From: an uncultured archaeon
GTDB taxonomy: Archaea; Hadarchaeota; Hadarchaeia; Hadarchaeales; Hadarchaeaceae
Direction: 5' to 3'
DNA length: 58,432 nt
NCBI GenBank assembly: GCA_937921735.1
Contig: CAKZTQ010000021.1
Location: forward strand, 1 to 58,432
This document shows, in pieces, positions 9,424 to 18,882 of the stretch (the stretch's first letter is position 1; every line of letters starts with the position of its first letter). The position numbers and the translations under genes are program-made. Below the pieces are notes generated by a model. It saw only the letters and a list, made by a program, of their open reading frames with translations, ran no database searches and was not told the DNA's origin.

Positions 9424-9552
9424 GGCTATTTAAAGAGCTTTAGTTCTGGGCGCTGAGCGCTGGACTAGTGGTGGATATCTTTCAAAGTGGCGAACGTTCG
9501 CCAGCTCCAACCCGGAATCGATTTTAAATAGAACAACGAAAATTCTCGTGGT

Positions 9553-9628
9553 GGGCCCGTAGCTCAGCTTGGCTCGGAGCGCTCGGCTGATAACCGGGAG
9601 GTCCGGGGTTCGAATCCCCGCGGGCCCA
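9553..9628 (+). tRNA. tRNA-Ile(GAT)
   Basis: GGGCCCG...CGGGCCCA acceptor, CT-GAT-AA anticodon loop, TTCGAAT T-loop. Confidence 0.96.
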
Positions 9629-9757
9629 CTCTTCGAGCAACTTGCTGTCGATAAGCGAGCTTTAAACACCAAATGGGGCTATTTGAATCTTTTAAAGAGA
9701 AGCTTCTATCCACAAATCTTTTAAATATACAACATAAAGAGGGATGGAGGGTGAAAA

Positions 9758-10282
9758 ATGGCCAGAAAATTTGGGATGTTAGACGTTGTCCTCACCATTG
9801 TCGGCGCAGTGATCTATGGACTAGGATGCTACGCTACAATGGGCATCGCAATCGGTTTCATCACCCTCAGACCAGCTTCGTTCATAGCCTGCCTTTGGGG
9901 AGTGCTCTTCGGTCCATGGGTCGGTGGTTTAGCTGCTGGAATAGGTAATACCTTTATCTCGGATATCCTCGCTGGCTGGTTCGGAGTTGGCGGAGTAGGG
10001 GGCTTCGTCGGAAACTTCATGATGGGATTCATCCCGGGACTACTAGTTAGGGACGCTCGAAACTGGAAAGCGGTGGCCCTTTGGTCCGGTGTGTCGGCGG
10101 TGGTCTGTGCCTTCTTCGTTGGGGGTTGGATTGCCCTCATGGGCTACGCTCCCTTCTGGGTACTCTTCTGGACGGTGATCCTCGTCGATGTACCACCCAA
10201 CGTCATAGCGACGCCGATTGCCGTTAACTATCTGCTGGAGCCCATAAGGAAAAGAGGCTTATACTGGAGAGAGAGGAAATAG
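9758..10282 (+). CDS. ECF transporter substrate-specific S component
   Basis: 174 aa, ~6 TM helices, LRPA...GVLFGPWVGGLAAGIGN..SD motif. Confidence 0.85.
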   Translation: MARKFGMLDVVLTIVGAVIYGLGCYATMGIAIGFITLRPASFIACLWGVLFGPWVGGLAAGIGNTFISDILAGWFGVGGVGGFVGNFMMGFIPGLLVRDARNWKAVALWSGVSAVVCAFFVGGWIALMGYAPFWVLFWTVILVDVPPNVIATPIAVNYLLEPIRKRGLYWRERK

Positions 10283-10304
10283 CCCCGTAAAGCTCCATAC
10301 TAGC

Positions 10305-10327
10305 TATGTTATTTTTTATTTTTTTTA
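10305..10327 (+). terminator. Oligo-T archaeal terminator candidate
   Basis: Long T tract ~25 nt after the S-component stop. Confidence 0.45.
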
Positions 10328-10426
10328 AAGTGAAGAGATTTTTCTCTATCAAAATAAAAATCGTCTAAAATAAATGACTCTAAATGACTCACAGCCTTGA
10401 TGGAACTTTGCTATGGTTTTAAAAAT

Positions 10427-10519
10427 CTAAGCAATAGAAGCAAGCCAAGCCACTAAAGCGCTCACAACGAAAGCAGCTATTATTGCACCTATAATCCCAG
10501 CTACTACTTTCCAGGACAT
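10427..10519 (-). CDS. 30-aa single-pass membrane microprotein
   Basis: MSWKVVAGIIGAIIAAFVVSALVAWLASIA*, preceded by a perfect AGGAGGT SD; not in the ORF track. Confidence 0.6.
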   Translation of the reverse strand: MSWKVVAGIIGAIIAAFVVSALVAWLASIA

Positions 10520-10634
10520 TTTTACCTCCTTACACCCCTTAAATTCTCCATATAAAAATGTTTTCTTTTTTGAAAAGAAGGAGATAAGGAGATAAAATCT
10601 TTATATTCCGAAATTTCAATTAATCAAAGATAAC

Positions 10635-12569
10635 ATGTACGGATGGGCAGGAAACGTTCTTTGGGTAAATCTTTCGTCGGAGAAAATTATAAAAAAACCG
10701 TTAGATGAGAAGATTGCCCACGATTTTTTGGGGGGAAGAGGATTCAACTCGAAGGTACTTTTTGACAATGTTGGGTCAAAAACCGACCCCCTCTCTCCTG
10801 AAAACGTTCTCTGTTTCGGAGTCGGTCCCATAACTGGTACCCCTTTTCCGAATAATGGAAGAATTCAAGTCAGCACCTTATCTCCCCTTTCCGGAATACT
10901 GGGAGATGGGAGCGCGGGGGGGTTCTTTCCCGCCTCCCTGAAGTTCGCAGGCTATGATCAAATAGTTGTAATTGGAAAAGCTGTTAAACCCAAATACTTG
11001 CTGATCGATGATGACCACGTGGAGTTAAGAGATGCTGGAGATCTGTGGGAAAGAAACGTGTGGGAAACTACGGATATGCTGCAGGAGGAACACGGCGATG
11101 ACTTTTGCGTCGCTGCAATCGGGCAAGCTGGCGAACATCTCGTGAGATTTGCATCGGTGATGTTCGATAAATATAGCTCCGCGGCTAGGGGGAGCGGGGC
11201 GGTCGCGGGCTCGAAGAACTTAAAGGCAATTGCCGTTCGTGGCACAAAAGAAGTGAAAATAGCTAGACCAGAAGAATTTGATACGATGGTGGAAGAGTCC
11301 AAGGAATTTTTCCTGAACGATGAGTTGCAGAAAGAAATAGCAACCTATGGATCTCATCTGGGGATGGTCCGATGGTGGCCCGGTTACAAATATTTTAAAA
11401 AACGCCTTGCACCGGACGAAGTTCCTTCCCCGCTTAAACCCGAAAGCTGGAAAAAATATGAAGTGGGTAGGATTAAGTGCTATGGATGTGTTGTTCCTTG
11501 CAAAAATGTTTACAAAATCCCAGATGAAAAGTATAATAACGAAATCGGTAAGGGCCTTCAGTTCGAGACCATCTATTGCTTAGGGACAAATTGTGGAGTA
11601 GTTGACCCAGTAGCTATCATGATCATGGGGAACTTAGCTGATAAATATGGGATGGATGCTATTGCTCTCGGAAATGCTATAGCGTTTGCCAAACAGCTTT
11701 ACGAACTTGGTATAATAACAAAAGAACATACCGGCGGACTCTCGCTCGAATGGGATGCGAAAGACGATCAAATAGAGCTCATCCATCAGATTGCAATGAG
11801 AGAGGGTTTTGGAAATATCGTTGCAGAGGGCATGTATTATATCGCGAAGAAATTCGGGGAAAAAGCCATGGAGTACTGTTATCATGTTAAGGGATTATGT
11901 CGAGGCCCTGGCAACGATATGCCGCCCTTATGGGGGCTGGGGAACGCCACTTCAACTCGGGGTGCAGATCACCTTCGTGGACGGACGCTAGCGATATCGC
12001 CGAACGACAAACACATTTTTTCAAAGCTGATACAAGCTGGGCATTTACCTCGAGATCCGGTCCCTCTGTTGATTACCGCGGAGAATGCTAGCACGCTCGC
12101 AGATTCGCTGGGATGCTGTAAGGGTTCCGTTATAACGTGGTCAAGTACCCTCCCGCTAATCTACAAATATCCACTTTGGGAAGGGGTAGTGAAACTTTTG
12201 GCGGTTGTTACCGGTGTAGAATTTAGTATTCATGCCATCGTTGATTGTTTAGAAAGGATATATGCCATAGAAAGAGCACTGTTGGTAAAAAGAGGGATAA
12301 AGCGAAAACATGATAGGCTCCCACTACATCCTTCGGTTAGCAAAACAGAGGGAAAAAATCTCCAAATAGAACACGAAAAACTCCTAACCGAGTATTATAC
12401 GCTTCGAGGTTGGGATCCGCACTCTGGCGCCCCTACAAGGGAAAATCTTGAAAGGCTTGGTTTGAAATATGTTGCGGACGAGCTAGAGTCTCACGGGCCA
12501 TATCCTGACTGGGACGGTCCACCCTATTGGCCCCTCGAGAAGTATCCTACCGGTGGCGCTAGAGCTTAG
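10635..12569 (+). CDS. Tungsten aldehyde:ferredoxin oxidoreductase-family protein (divergent)
   Basis: GWAGNVLWVNLS, LGGRG, SPLSG, GSKNLKAI, CYGCVVPC, YGMDAI, RGADHL, EYYTLRGWD. Confidence 0.92.
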   Translation: MYGWAGNVLWVNLSSEKIIKKPLDEKIAHDFLGGRGFNSKVLFDNVGSKTDPLSPENVLCFGVGPITGTPFPNNGRIQVSTLSPLSGILGDGSAGGFFPASLKFAGYDQIVVIGKAVKPKYLLIDDDHVELRDAGDLWERNVWETTDMLQEEHGDDFCVAAIGQAGEHLVRFASVMFDKYSSAARGSGAVAGSKNLKAIAVRGTKEVKIARPEEFDTMVEESKEFFLNDELQKEIATYGSHLGMVRWWPGYKYFKKRLAPDEVPSPLKPESWKKYEVGRIKCYGCVVPCKNVYKIPDEKYNNEIGKGLQFETIYCLGTNCGVVDPVAIMIMGNLADKYGMDAIALGNAIAFAKQLYELGIITKEHTGGLSLEWDAKDDQIELIHQIAMREGFGNIVAEGMYYIAKKFGEKAMEYCYHVKGLCRGPGNDMPPLWGLGNATSTRGADHLRGRTLAISPNDKHIFSKLIQAGHLPRDPVPLLITAENASTLADSLGCCKGSVITWSSTLPLIYKYPLWEGVVKLLAVVTGVEFSIHAIVDCLERIYAIERALLVKRGIKRKHDRLPLHPSVSKTEGKNLQIEHEKLLTEYYTLRGWDPHSGAPTRENLERLGLKYVADELESHGPYPDWDGPPYWPLEKYPTGGARA

Positions 12570-12590
12570 TTTTATTTGAGGTGCACAATA

Positions 12591-13586
12591 TTGAAGGGGG
12601 AATACTTGAACTACAAATACAGGAAATCGATGGACGAATTCGAGAAACTTTTGGTACCTACAATAAATGGGCGCACACCCACATTTCTCGGCGTGCCACG
12701 GGCAAAAAACAAGGAAGATCTAAAAAGTGCTGATGCCGCAATAATTGGTATCCCATTTTTGCGTTCCCCCCCAGTCGGTAGAGAACTTCAACCTTCAATA
12801 CTTGACGTTTACAATCTGCGACGAGCGTCTTTGAAGTATGGGGGATATTTACCTGAGCTAGATCTAGAAGTATTCGAATACGTAAAACTCGTGGACTATG
12901 GAAACATCGAAGTCATACAAGGGAACGTCGAAAAATCTATCGACCAAACGGCGAACAAAATCTGTGAAATATTGGAGGCGGGATGTGTTCCGATCACCAT
13001 AGGCACCCCTCCCGCTGGATGTTATCCAGTAGCCAAAGCGATGGTAGAGAAACTAAACAAGGTTGGCATAGTCCATTTGGATGCCCATTGCGATAACCTA
13101 GAAGAGCACGCCGGGGGCAAATGGTCCGGAGCATGTTGGGTCGCTAGGCTTTCTGAACTTGAGAACTTTGATATGAAAAATTTCGTCCAGATCGGCATCA
13201 GAGGGCCTAGGATCTCCAAAGAACAAATAGACTGGCATAAAAAGAAAGGCAGCCATTTTTTTACCATTCGAGACATCAGAGAAAAAGGCGTTGAGGAAAT
13301 TCTAGATGACACATTACGTCACATCTCCGGTAACAAAGTTCTCCTTGCTATCGATTTCGATGTTTTGGATTTGGGCGCCGGACCTGGTCTCGACGAGCCC
13401 GCCGGAATTTCAACATGGGAGTTGCTAAAAATTTCCTATGAAATTGGAAAAAGTAACTTTGGCGGATTATGTGTGGAGTGGATACCTTCTTCCATCACTC
13501 CCTTGTACTGGATAGTTACATGGACTATTTTATATACGTTGGCCGGGATGGCTATGGGAAAGATCGGGATCTCTCAAAGTCCTTAG
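12591..13586 (+). CDS. Ureohydrolase (arginase/agmatinase family), atypical metal site
   Basis: PTFLG, DYGN, HLDAHCD, QIGIRG, IDFDVLD..PG; TTG start after GAGGTG (start uncertain). Confidence 0.85.
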   Translation: MKGEYLNYKYRKSMDEFEKLLVPTINGRTPTFLGVPRAKNKEDLKSADAAIIGIPFLRSPPVGRELQPSILDVYNLRRASLKYGGYLPELDLEVFEYVKLVDYGNIEVIQGNVEKSIDQTANKICEILEAGCVPITIGTPPAGCYPVAKAMVEKLNKVGIVHLDAHCDNLEEHAGGKWSGACWVARLSELENFDMKNFVQIGIRGPRISKEQIDWHKKKGSHFFTIRDIREKGVEEILDDTLRHISGNKVLLAIDFDVLDLGAGPGLDEPAGISTWELLKISYEIGKSNFGGLCVEWIPSSITPLYWIVTWTILYTLAGMAMGKIGISQSP

Positions 13587-13622
13587 ACCAAAAATCGTAA
13601 TCGTGCGAAGGAAAACGGGACC

Positions 13623-14996
13623 GTGATGAAGGTAGACATGGTAATAGAAAATGGCAAGATTTTCGTTGATGGGAAAATAGTAAAAGCAGCGATCGGCATA
13701 AATGAAGGCAAAATAGTTGCTATAAAGAAAGACCTAAATCAATTCGTGCCCAATCAAACTGTGAACGCTGGCGGAAATCTGGTCATACCAGGTCCAATAG
13801 ATGCGCACGTCCATGCCCATATTTTTGGTCTACTTCACCGAGATGATTTCAAAACAGTGACGGAAGCAGCGGCGGCCGGCGGGACTACTACAATTGTGGA
13901 TTTTGTTAACCCTACAAATAGAACGCTCAGAAAAGCTTTTCTCAAGAAAAAGGCGGCTGGTGAGAAAAAATGTCTTATCGACTTTGGCTTACATGCTTAC
14001 GTTTGTAGTGAAAGAAACCTAGCCGAGATAGGGGAACTAACAAAATTAGGAGTGTTTTCATTTAAACACTTCATGGCAAGCCCTGATGGCGTTCCAGCTG
14101 TAAATGATGACCTTTTATTGCGATCCTTTGAGGTAATAAAAAAATATAGGGCCATGGCCTCTGTACATGCTGAAGATGAAGACCTTTGTTCAAAACTAAA
14201 ACAAAAATTTATCGAGATCGGTAGAAGAGATCCATTATCTCACTGCTTATCCAGACCGCCAATAACGGAAACTAGGGCGATCTCGAAAGCTATCGCTTTC
14301 GCAATTAAAGTAGGGGTTCCACTTCATGTCTTCCACGTAAGTACTGGAAAAGGATCAGCGCTAATAGGCGAAGCCAAGAGAAAGGGAAGACCCATTACTG
14401 CGGAGACTTGTCCTCATTATTTAATTTTTACCCGCAATGACTTAAAAAAACTCGGCCCTTTTCTACAGGTGACACCGCCATTAAGATCCTCAAAAGATAA
14501 AGCTAAGCTCTGGCAAGCCCTTACAAATGGGACTATAGATTTTGTTACTTCTGATCATTATGCCCCGCTCTTTGATGAAAAGAAAAAGGGCTGGGAAAAT
14601 ATTTGGGAAGTCGAAGCTGGCATTCCAGGTGTTGAAACAAGAGTTCCACTGATTTTTGGAGAAGGATTCCATAAACGTGGGGTTCCAATAAAAAGAATAA
14701 TAGAGATGCTTTCAACTTCCCCGGCGAAAGTTTTTGGCATTTACCCAAAAAAAGGTACGATCAGATCTGGTTCTGATGCCGATTTGGTGATAATAGACCT
14801 TAAAAGAAAGCTCAAAATAGAGGCCACTAAACTGCATCAACAAGCGAATTGGACCCCATTTGAGGGAATGGAGGTGAGGGGGATCCCAATTCGGACTATA
14901 GTAAGGGGAGAAATGATCGCGGTAGAGGGAGAAGTGATAGGGAAGCCTGGTTATGGGAGATTCATCAAAAAGTCAGATATTAACATAACTATTTGA
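13623..14996 (+). CDS. Cyclic amidohydrolase (allantoinase/hydantoinase/dihydroorotase family)
   Basis: DAHVH, AAAGGTTT, SFKHFM, VHAED, HVFHVS, ETCPHYL, PPLR, SDHYAP, GSDADLV. Confidence 0.9.
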   Translation: MMKVDMVIENGKIFVDGKIVKAAIGINEGKIVAIKKDLNQFVPNQTVNAGGNLVIPGPIDAHVHAHIFGLLHRDDFKTVTEAAAAGGTTTIVDFVNPTNRTLRKAFLKKKAAGEKKCLIDFGLHAYVCSERNLAEIGELTKLGVFSFKHFMASPDGVPAVNDDLLLRSFEVIKKYRAMASVHAEDEDLCSKLKQKFIEIGRRDPLSHCLSRPPITETRAISKAIAFAIKVGVPLHVFHVSTGKGSALIGEAKRKGRPITAETCPHYLIFTRNDLKKLGPFLQVTPPLRSSKDKAKLWQALTNGTIDFVTSDHYAPLFDEKKKGWENIWEVEAGIPGVETRVPLIFGEGFHKRGVPIKRIIEMLSTSPAKVFGIYPKKGTIRSGSDADLVIIDLKRKLKIEATKLHQQANWTPFEGMEVRGIPIRTIVRGEMIAVEGEVIGKPGYGRFIKKSDINITI

Positions 14997-15948
14997 GGAT
15001 CCTTACGAAATGTTTGTACCTCGATTCAGGAAATATACCCATTTTTAGAAGGATCGTTTCTGCTTCTTGAATAGAAGTCGTTGAAGATAATTTGTTTGCG
15101 ATCCCCATTTCAGCCACTACATTTGGATCGAAAAAGAGGATGACCGCCGCTAGAGGATTTGGCTTAACTATTCTCGATCCTAGCACTCGATATGTTCGAT
15201 GATCGCCCTTGGCAGCGGCAATTATTAGAGGATTGATCGGATCCGAGACCACGGAATGAGCTTTTTCTAAGTCGAGAACGTCTTTTTGCGTGAGTCCATA
15301 TGCCCCGAGAAAGCCTCCCAGTTTCATTATTTTTGACACTATTGAGTCCAGCTCCTCTACTGAAAGCTCCCCGTCCATGGCATAGTTGCTGAGCGCAAGA
15401 AATGAAGGTATGTTGGTTTGAACTATCGCCGATAAAAGCAATGAATCATGGAGGGGGGTCTGAACGGCGCCCGTTTTTCCGTCATATAGAGAGTCTGATC
15501 CCGAATCGATGTCAATGAGTATATCCAAATTCAGTTTTTTGATCACTTCTCGTAAACCGCTAACAATTCCCATGACACCTTGTCGGGCCGAGATGACCAA
15601 ACAGCGAATGCCAAAGAGTTTGGAGATCTTAGCTTCGGGCGGTACTCCCTCAAAAACGCGCGTTTTTATCCACGTTTTTTCTGATACAAAAGCCACAGTA
15701 TCCGACAATATTTCCACATTTTTCATGTGTTTTATCGAATAAAATTCCGGCCCAAAAGTTTCGTAATTTTTTTTCTTCCACCACTGACAGGCCAAGTTGC
15801 CTAAATAAATATTTTCAACCCCTAGACGACGGAGATAATTCACCAACGGAATGCCATTAACAAAGTCGGTCGCTCCCGCACCTATTATCAATGCGCTTCT
15901 AGACTTGAGCGCAACCTCATCTAAGCTAGCTTTTGGTATTTTAGCCAT
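14989..15948 (-). CDS. DUF1152-like protein
   Basis: GAGATD, DIDSGSDSL...TPLHD, DGEL motifs resemble the DUF1152 family. Confidence 0.6.
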   Translation of the reverse strand: MAKIPKASLDEVALKSRSALIIGAGATDFVNGIPLVNYLRRLGVENIYLGNLACQWWKKKNYETFGPEFYSIKHMKNVEILSDTVAFVSEKTWIKTRVFEGVPPEAKISKLFGIRCLVISARQGVMGIVSGLREVIKKLNLDILIDIDSGSDSLYDGKTGAVQTPLHDSLLLSAIVQTNIPSFLALSNYAMDGELSVEELDSIVSKIMKLGGFLGAYGLTQKDVLDLEKAHSVVSDPINPLIIAAAKGDHRTYRVLGSRIVKPNPLAAVILFFDPNVVAEMGIANKLSSTTSIQEAETILLKMGIFPESRYKHFVRILK

Positions 15949-16020
15949 GGACCCGCCGCCTTTTTCATTTCAATCTAAGATTTATATACCGTATCGTAAC
16001 TTCAGTAAAAGGGGAAAAAT

Positions 16021-17022
16021 TTGACCAAAGTGTACTACGACAAACATGCGGACATCTCAATTTTGAAAGATAAGCGGATAGCGGTTATCGGATATGGAAA
16101 CCAGGGAAGATCACAAGCATTAAATATGCGGGATAGTGGGCTCGATGTAATCGTGGGAGGAATTAGAGATAAGAGCTGGAGGATTGCTAAAAAAGATGGT
16201 TTTGAAACCTATCCGATCAAAAAAGCATCGGAAATAGCAGATATCATTTGCTTGTTAATCCCGGATGAGGTACAACCGGCAGTTTATGAGAAGGAAATTA
16301 AGGATAAACTTCAGGAGGAGGATGTTCTGTATTTCTCCCATGGATACAATATTTACTACGGATTCATTAAACCTCCGTCCTTCGTTGATGTCATAATGGT
16401 TGCCCCAAAAATGATTGGGGTGGGAGTAAGGGAACTATTTGTCAAAGGTTTGGGTGTACCCGCTATGATGGCGGTTCATCAGGATTTTTCCGGGAAGGCC
16501 AAAAAGATAGCTTTAGCCATAGCAAAAGCAATAGGGGCCACTAGGGTCGGAGTCATTGAGTCCTCTTTTGAAGAAGAAACGGTTTTGGATATTTTTGGTG
16601 AACAAATGATGGCCGGCGGTTCTCTCTTTATGACAAAGCTGGCCTTTGAAGTTTTAGTAAATGCTGGATACGATCCACTTACAGTTATTTTTAATCTTTA
16701 CTTATCGGGGGAGAGCATCGAGGAAGCTAAATTGCGAGCAAAACACGGTTTATTTAAACAACTAAAGTTTCACTCCACTACAAGTCAATACGGACAACTT
16801 ACTCGAGGTGCTTCCTTGGTTTCCGAGGAATTGAAAAAGAAGCTCCAAGATACTATCGATGAAATCAAGTCGGGGAAATTTGCGAAGGAATGGGCAAAAG
16901 AAATACATAACAATTACTCGTACTTCAACAAGCTGTGGGAGGATGTGTTGAAACATCCGATAAATAAACTTGAAGAAGAGGCCAAAAAGAGGATAAAAAT
17001 GGAGTACTTGTTAGGGTCCTAA
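16021..17022 (+). CDS. Ketol-acid reductoisomerase-like oxidoreductase (divergent IlvC paralog)
   Basis: IGYGNQG, LIPDE, FSHGYN, MVAPK, DIFGEQ, STTSQYG. Confidence 0.85.
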   Translation: MTKVYYDKHADISILKDKRIAVIGYGNQGRSQALNMRDSGLDVIVGGIRDKSWRIAKKDGFETYPIKKASEIADIICLLIPDEVQPAVYEKEIKDKLQEEDVLYFSHGYNIYYGFIKPPSFVDVIMVAPKMIGVGVRELFVKGLGVPAMMAVHQDFSGKAKKIALAIAKAIGATRVGVIESSFEEETVLDIFGEQMMAGGSLFMTKLAFEVLVNAGYDPLTVIFNLYLSGESIEEAKLRAKHGLFKQLKFHSTTSQYGQLTRGASLVSEELKKKLQDTIDEIKSGKFAKEWAKEIHNNYSYFNKLWEDVLKHPINKLEEEAKKRIKMEYLLGS

Positions 17023-17032
17023 ACTATGGGCC

Positions 17033-18880
17033 TCAAAGTTCAGATAATTCTAGCTCAGAAAGTTTTTCAGCCTTGGGCATACCTGTCTGCGCATCCCAGC
17101 CACGAAGTCTATAATATTCAGACAGCATTTCGTCCAATTTTACCACGACGTTCGCTACCGGACCTTGTTTTAAAGGTTCGCGGAGCAGGCGTGTAGGAAG
17201 TGTATCCTCAGAGGGTAGACAGCCGTGTTTTAAATTGAAAATTCTTTTAAGATTAAATATCCGTTCCCCTACTTTCATGAACTCGTCAACATCCATTGAT
17301 ATTCCGGTAACATGTTTAAATAGGTTGAGATTGTCGGCCACCGTAAACCATCCAATTTCCATGAATTGACAGAATCCCATGGCACTAAAGCCGGCGACAT
17401 AATTTTGTCTTTTTATGACCACTTCAGCTTTCCCCTCGGTAGAAAATCTGTCCATGGGTTTTATCCCCAGTTCAGGCGGGCCCCCGAACCACTCCCAAAA
17501 TGAAGGTAGCCCCTCCGTATGCCTTCCCCCTGTGTTTGCGGTAGCATAGTGGAGTCCCGCTCCCTGTGCTGCCAGAGGGCTATGCATCGCAATTTCTATA
17601 CCCTTAACGTGGATCGCGAATTCTTCGCCACCTAAAACTTTTGATGCTCCCCTAACCCCTTCAGCAAGGATGTTTCCTATTCCCTCCCTTAGTGATATCT
17701 TTCGAAGCATTTCGATGGCTGCCTCAGCATTGCCAAACATCAGTTTTACATCGCCAACATCTTTCTTGGTGATTAACCCCCGTTCATAGCATTCCATTGC
17801 CCAGGCTATCACAGATCCGGTGGAAATCGTGTCCAGACCCAACACGTTGCAAAGGTCGTTGATCTTTGCGATGGCTTCGATATCGGTTATTCCACAATTA
17901 GCACCAAAAACAGCTACGGTCTCATATTCCGGTCCTTCCACTTCCCCATCTATTTTATAAGGACCCGAAGTTACTTTTACTACTCTCCGGCAGCCGATTG
18001 GACAGCTGTAGCAAGCTCTCTTCCCTGAAAATATTTTCTCATAACCCCCTGGCATACATAGGTTTTCGTACCCATTCAAAATTCCTTTCGACCAGTTGTG
18101 TATTGGGACATCGCCGAGCTCATAAACTGAAGCGAAATCACCCGGAGTTCCATATTTGCTGAAATTCTGAGAAAGTTCATTTTCTTTCCATCGGGAGAGA
18201 AGTTTTCTTACGTACTCTCTCAAACTATCCTCATCTGCTACGGGCACCTTCTTCTCACCATTTATAGCGACGGCCTTGAGTTTTTTTGAGCCCATCACGG
18301 CGCCTAAGCCACACCTTCCTGCAAATCTTTCTGCATTGTCATTTGTTATGCAGGCAAATTTAACGAGATTTTCTCCTGCGAGGCCTATTGTCGCCACTTT
18401 AGTGTTTTTTTCACCATGATCCTGTCTGATGATTCGATCGGTTTCTCTGGCGTCTTTTCCCCATAAATGGCTAGCATCTAATATCTCTATTTCGTCTTCA
18501 TTGATCCAAAGGTATACGGGCTTCTCAGCACGACCGCTGATAATAATCATATCATAACCAGCAAATTTGATGGTGGGGCCGAAGAAACCACCACCATTTG
18601 CATCACCAAAATATCCAGTTTGCGGAGATTTTGCGACCACCGTATAGCGAGAAGCGGCCGGAGATTGAGTTCCTGTGACGGGCCCTGTACTGAATATCAG
18701 CAAGTTTTGGGGATCAAAGGGTTTCACTTCCGGTAAAACCTCCTTGTATAGAATTTCTCCAGCAGTTCCATAACCGCCTATGAACTTTTTGATAGACTTC
18801 GCATTAAGTTCCTCTTTTCTAATCATGCCGCTACTTAAATCCACTCTAAGGATTTTCCCCATGTATCCTCCTTTAAACAT
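17033..18880 (-). CDS. Tungsten aldehyde:ferredoxin oxidoreductase
   Basis: GYMGKILRVDLS, KSPQTG, AGRCGLGAVMGSKKLKA, CYSCPIGC, GPEYET, LDTIS, YYRLRGWD. Confidence 0.93.
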   Translation of the reverse strand: MFKGGYMGKILRVDLSSGMIRKEELNAKSIKKFIGGYGTAGEILYKEVLPEVKPFDPQNLLIFSTGPVTGTQSPAASRYTVVAKSPQTGYFGDANGGGFFGPTIKFAGYDMIIISGRAEKPVYLWINEDEIEILDASHLWGKDARETDRIIRQDHGEKNTKVATIGLAGENLVKFACITNDNAERFAGRCGLGAVMGSKKLKAVAINGEKKVPVADEDSLREYVRKLLSRWKENELSQNFSKYGTPGDFASVYELGDVPIHNWSKGILNGYENLCMPGGYEKIFSGKRACYSCPIGCRRVVKVTSGPYKIDGEVEGPEYETVAVFGANCGITDIEAIAKINDLCNVLGLDTISTGSVIAWAMECYERGLITKKDVGDVKLMFGNAEAAIEMLRKISLREGIGNILAEGVRGASKVLGGEEFAIHVKGIEIAMHSPLAAQGAGLHYATANTGGRHTEGLPSFWEWFGGPPELGIKPMDRFSTEGKAEVVIKRQNYVAGFSAMGFCQFMEIGWFTVADNLNLFKHVTGISMDVDEFMKVGERIFNLKRIFNLKHGCLPSEDTLPTRLLREPLKQGPVANVVVKLDEMLSEYYRLRGWDAQTGMPKAEKLSELELSEL

Positions 18881-18882
18881 GG

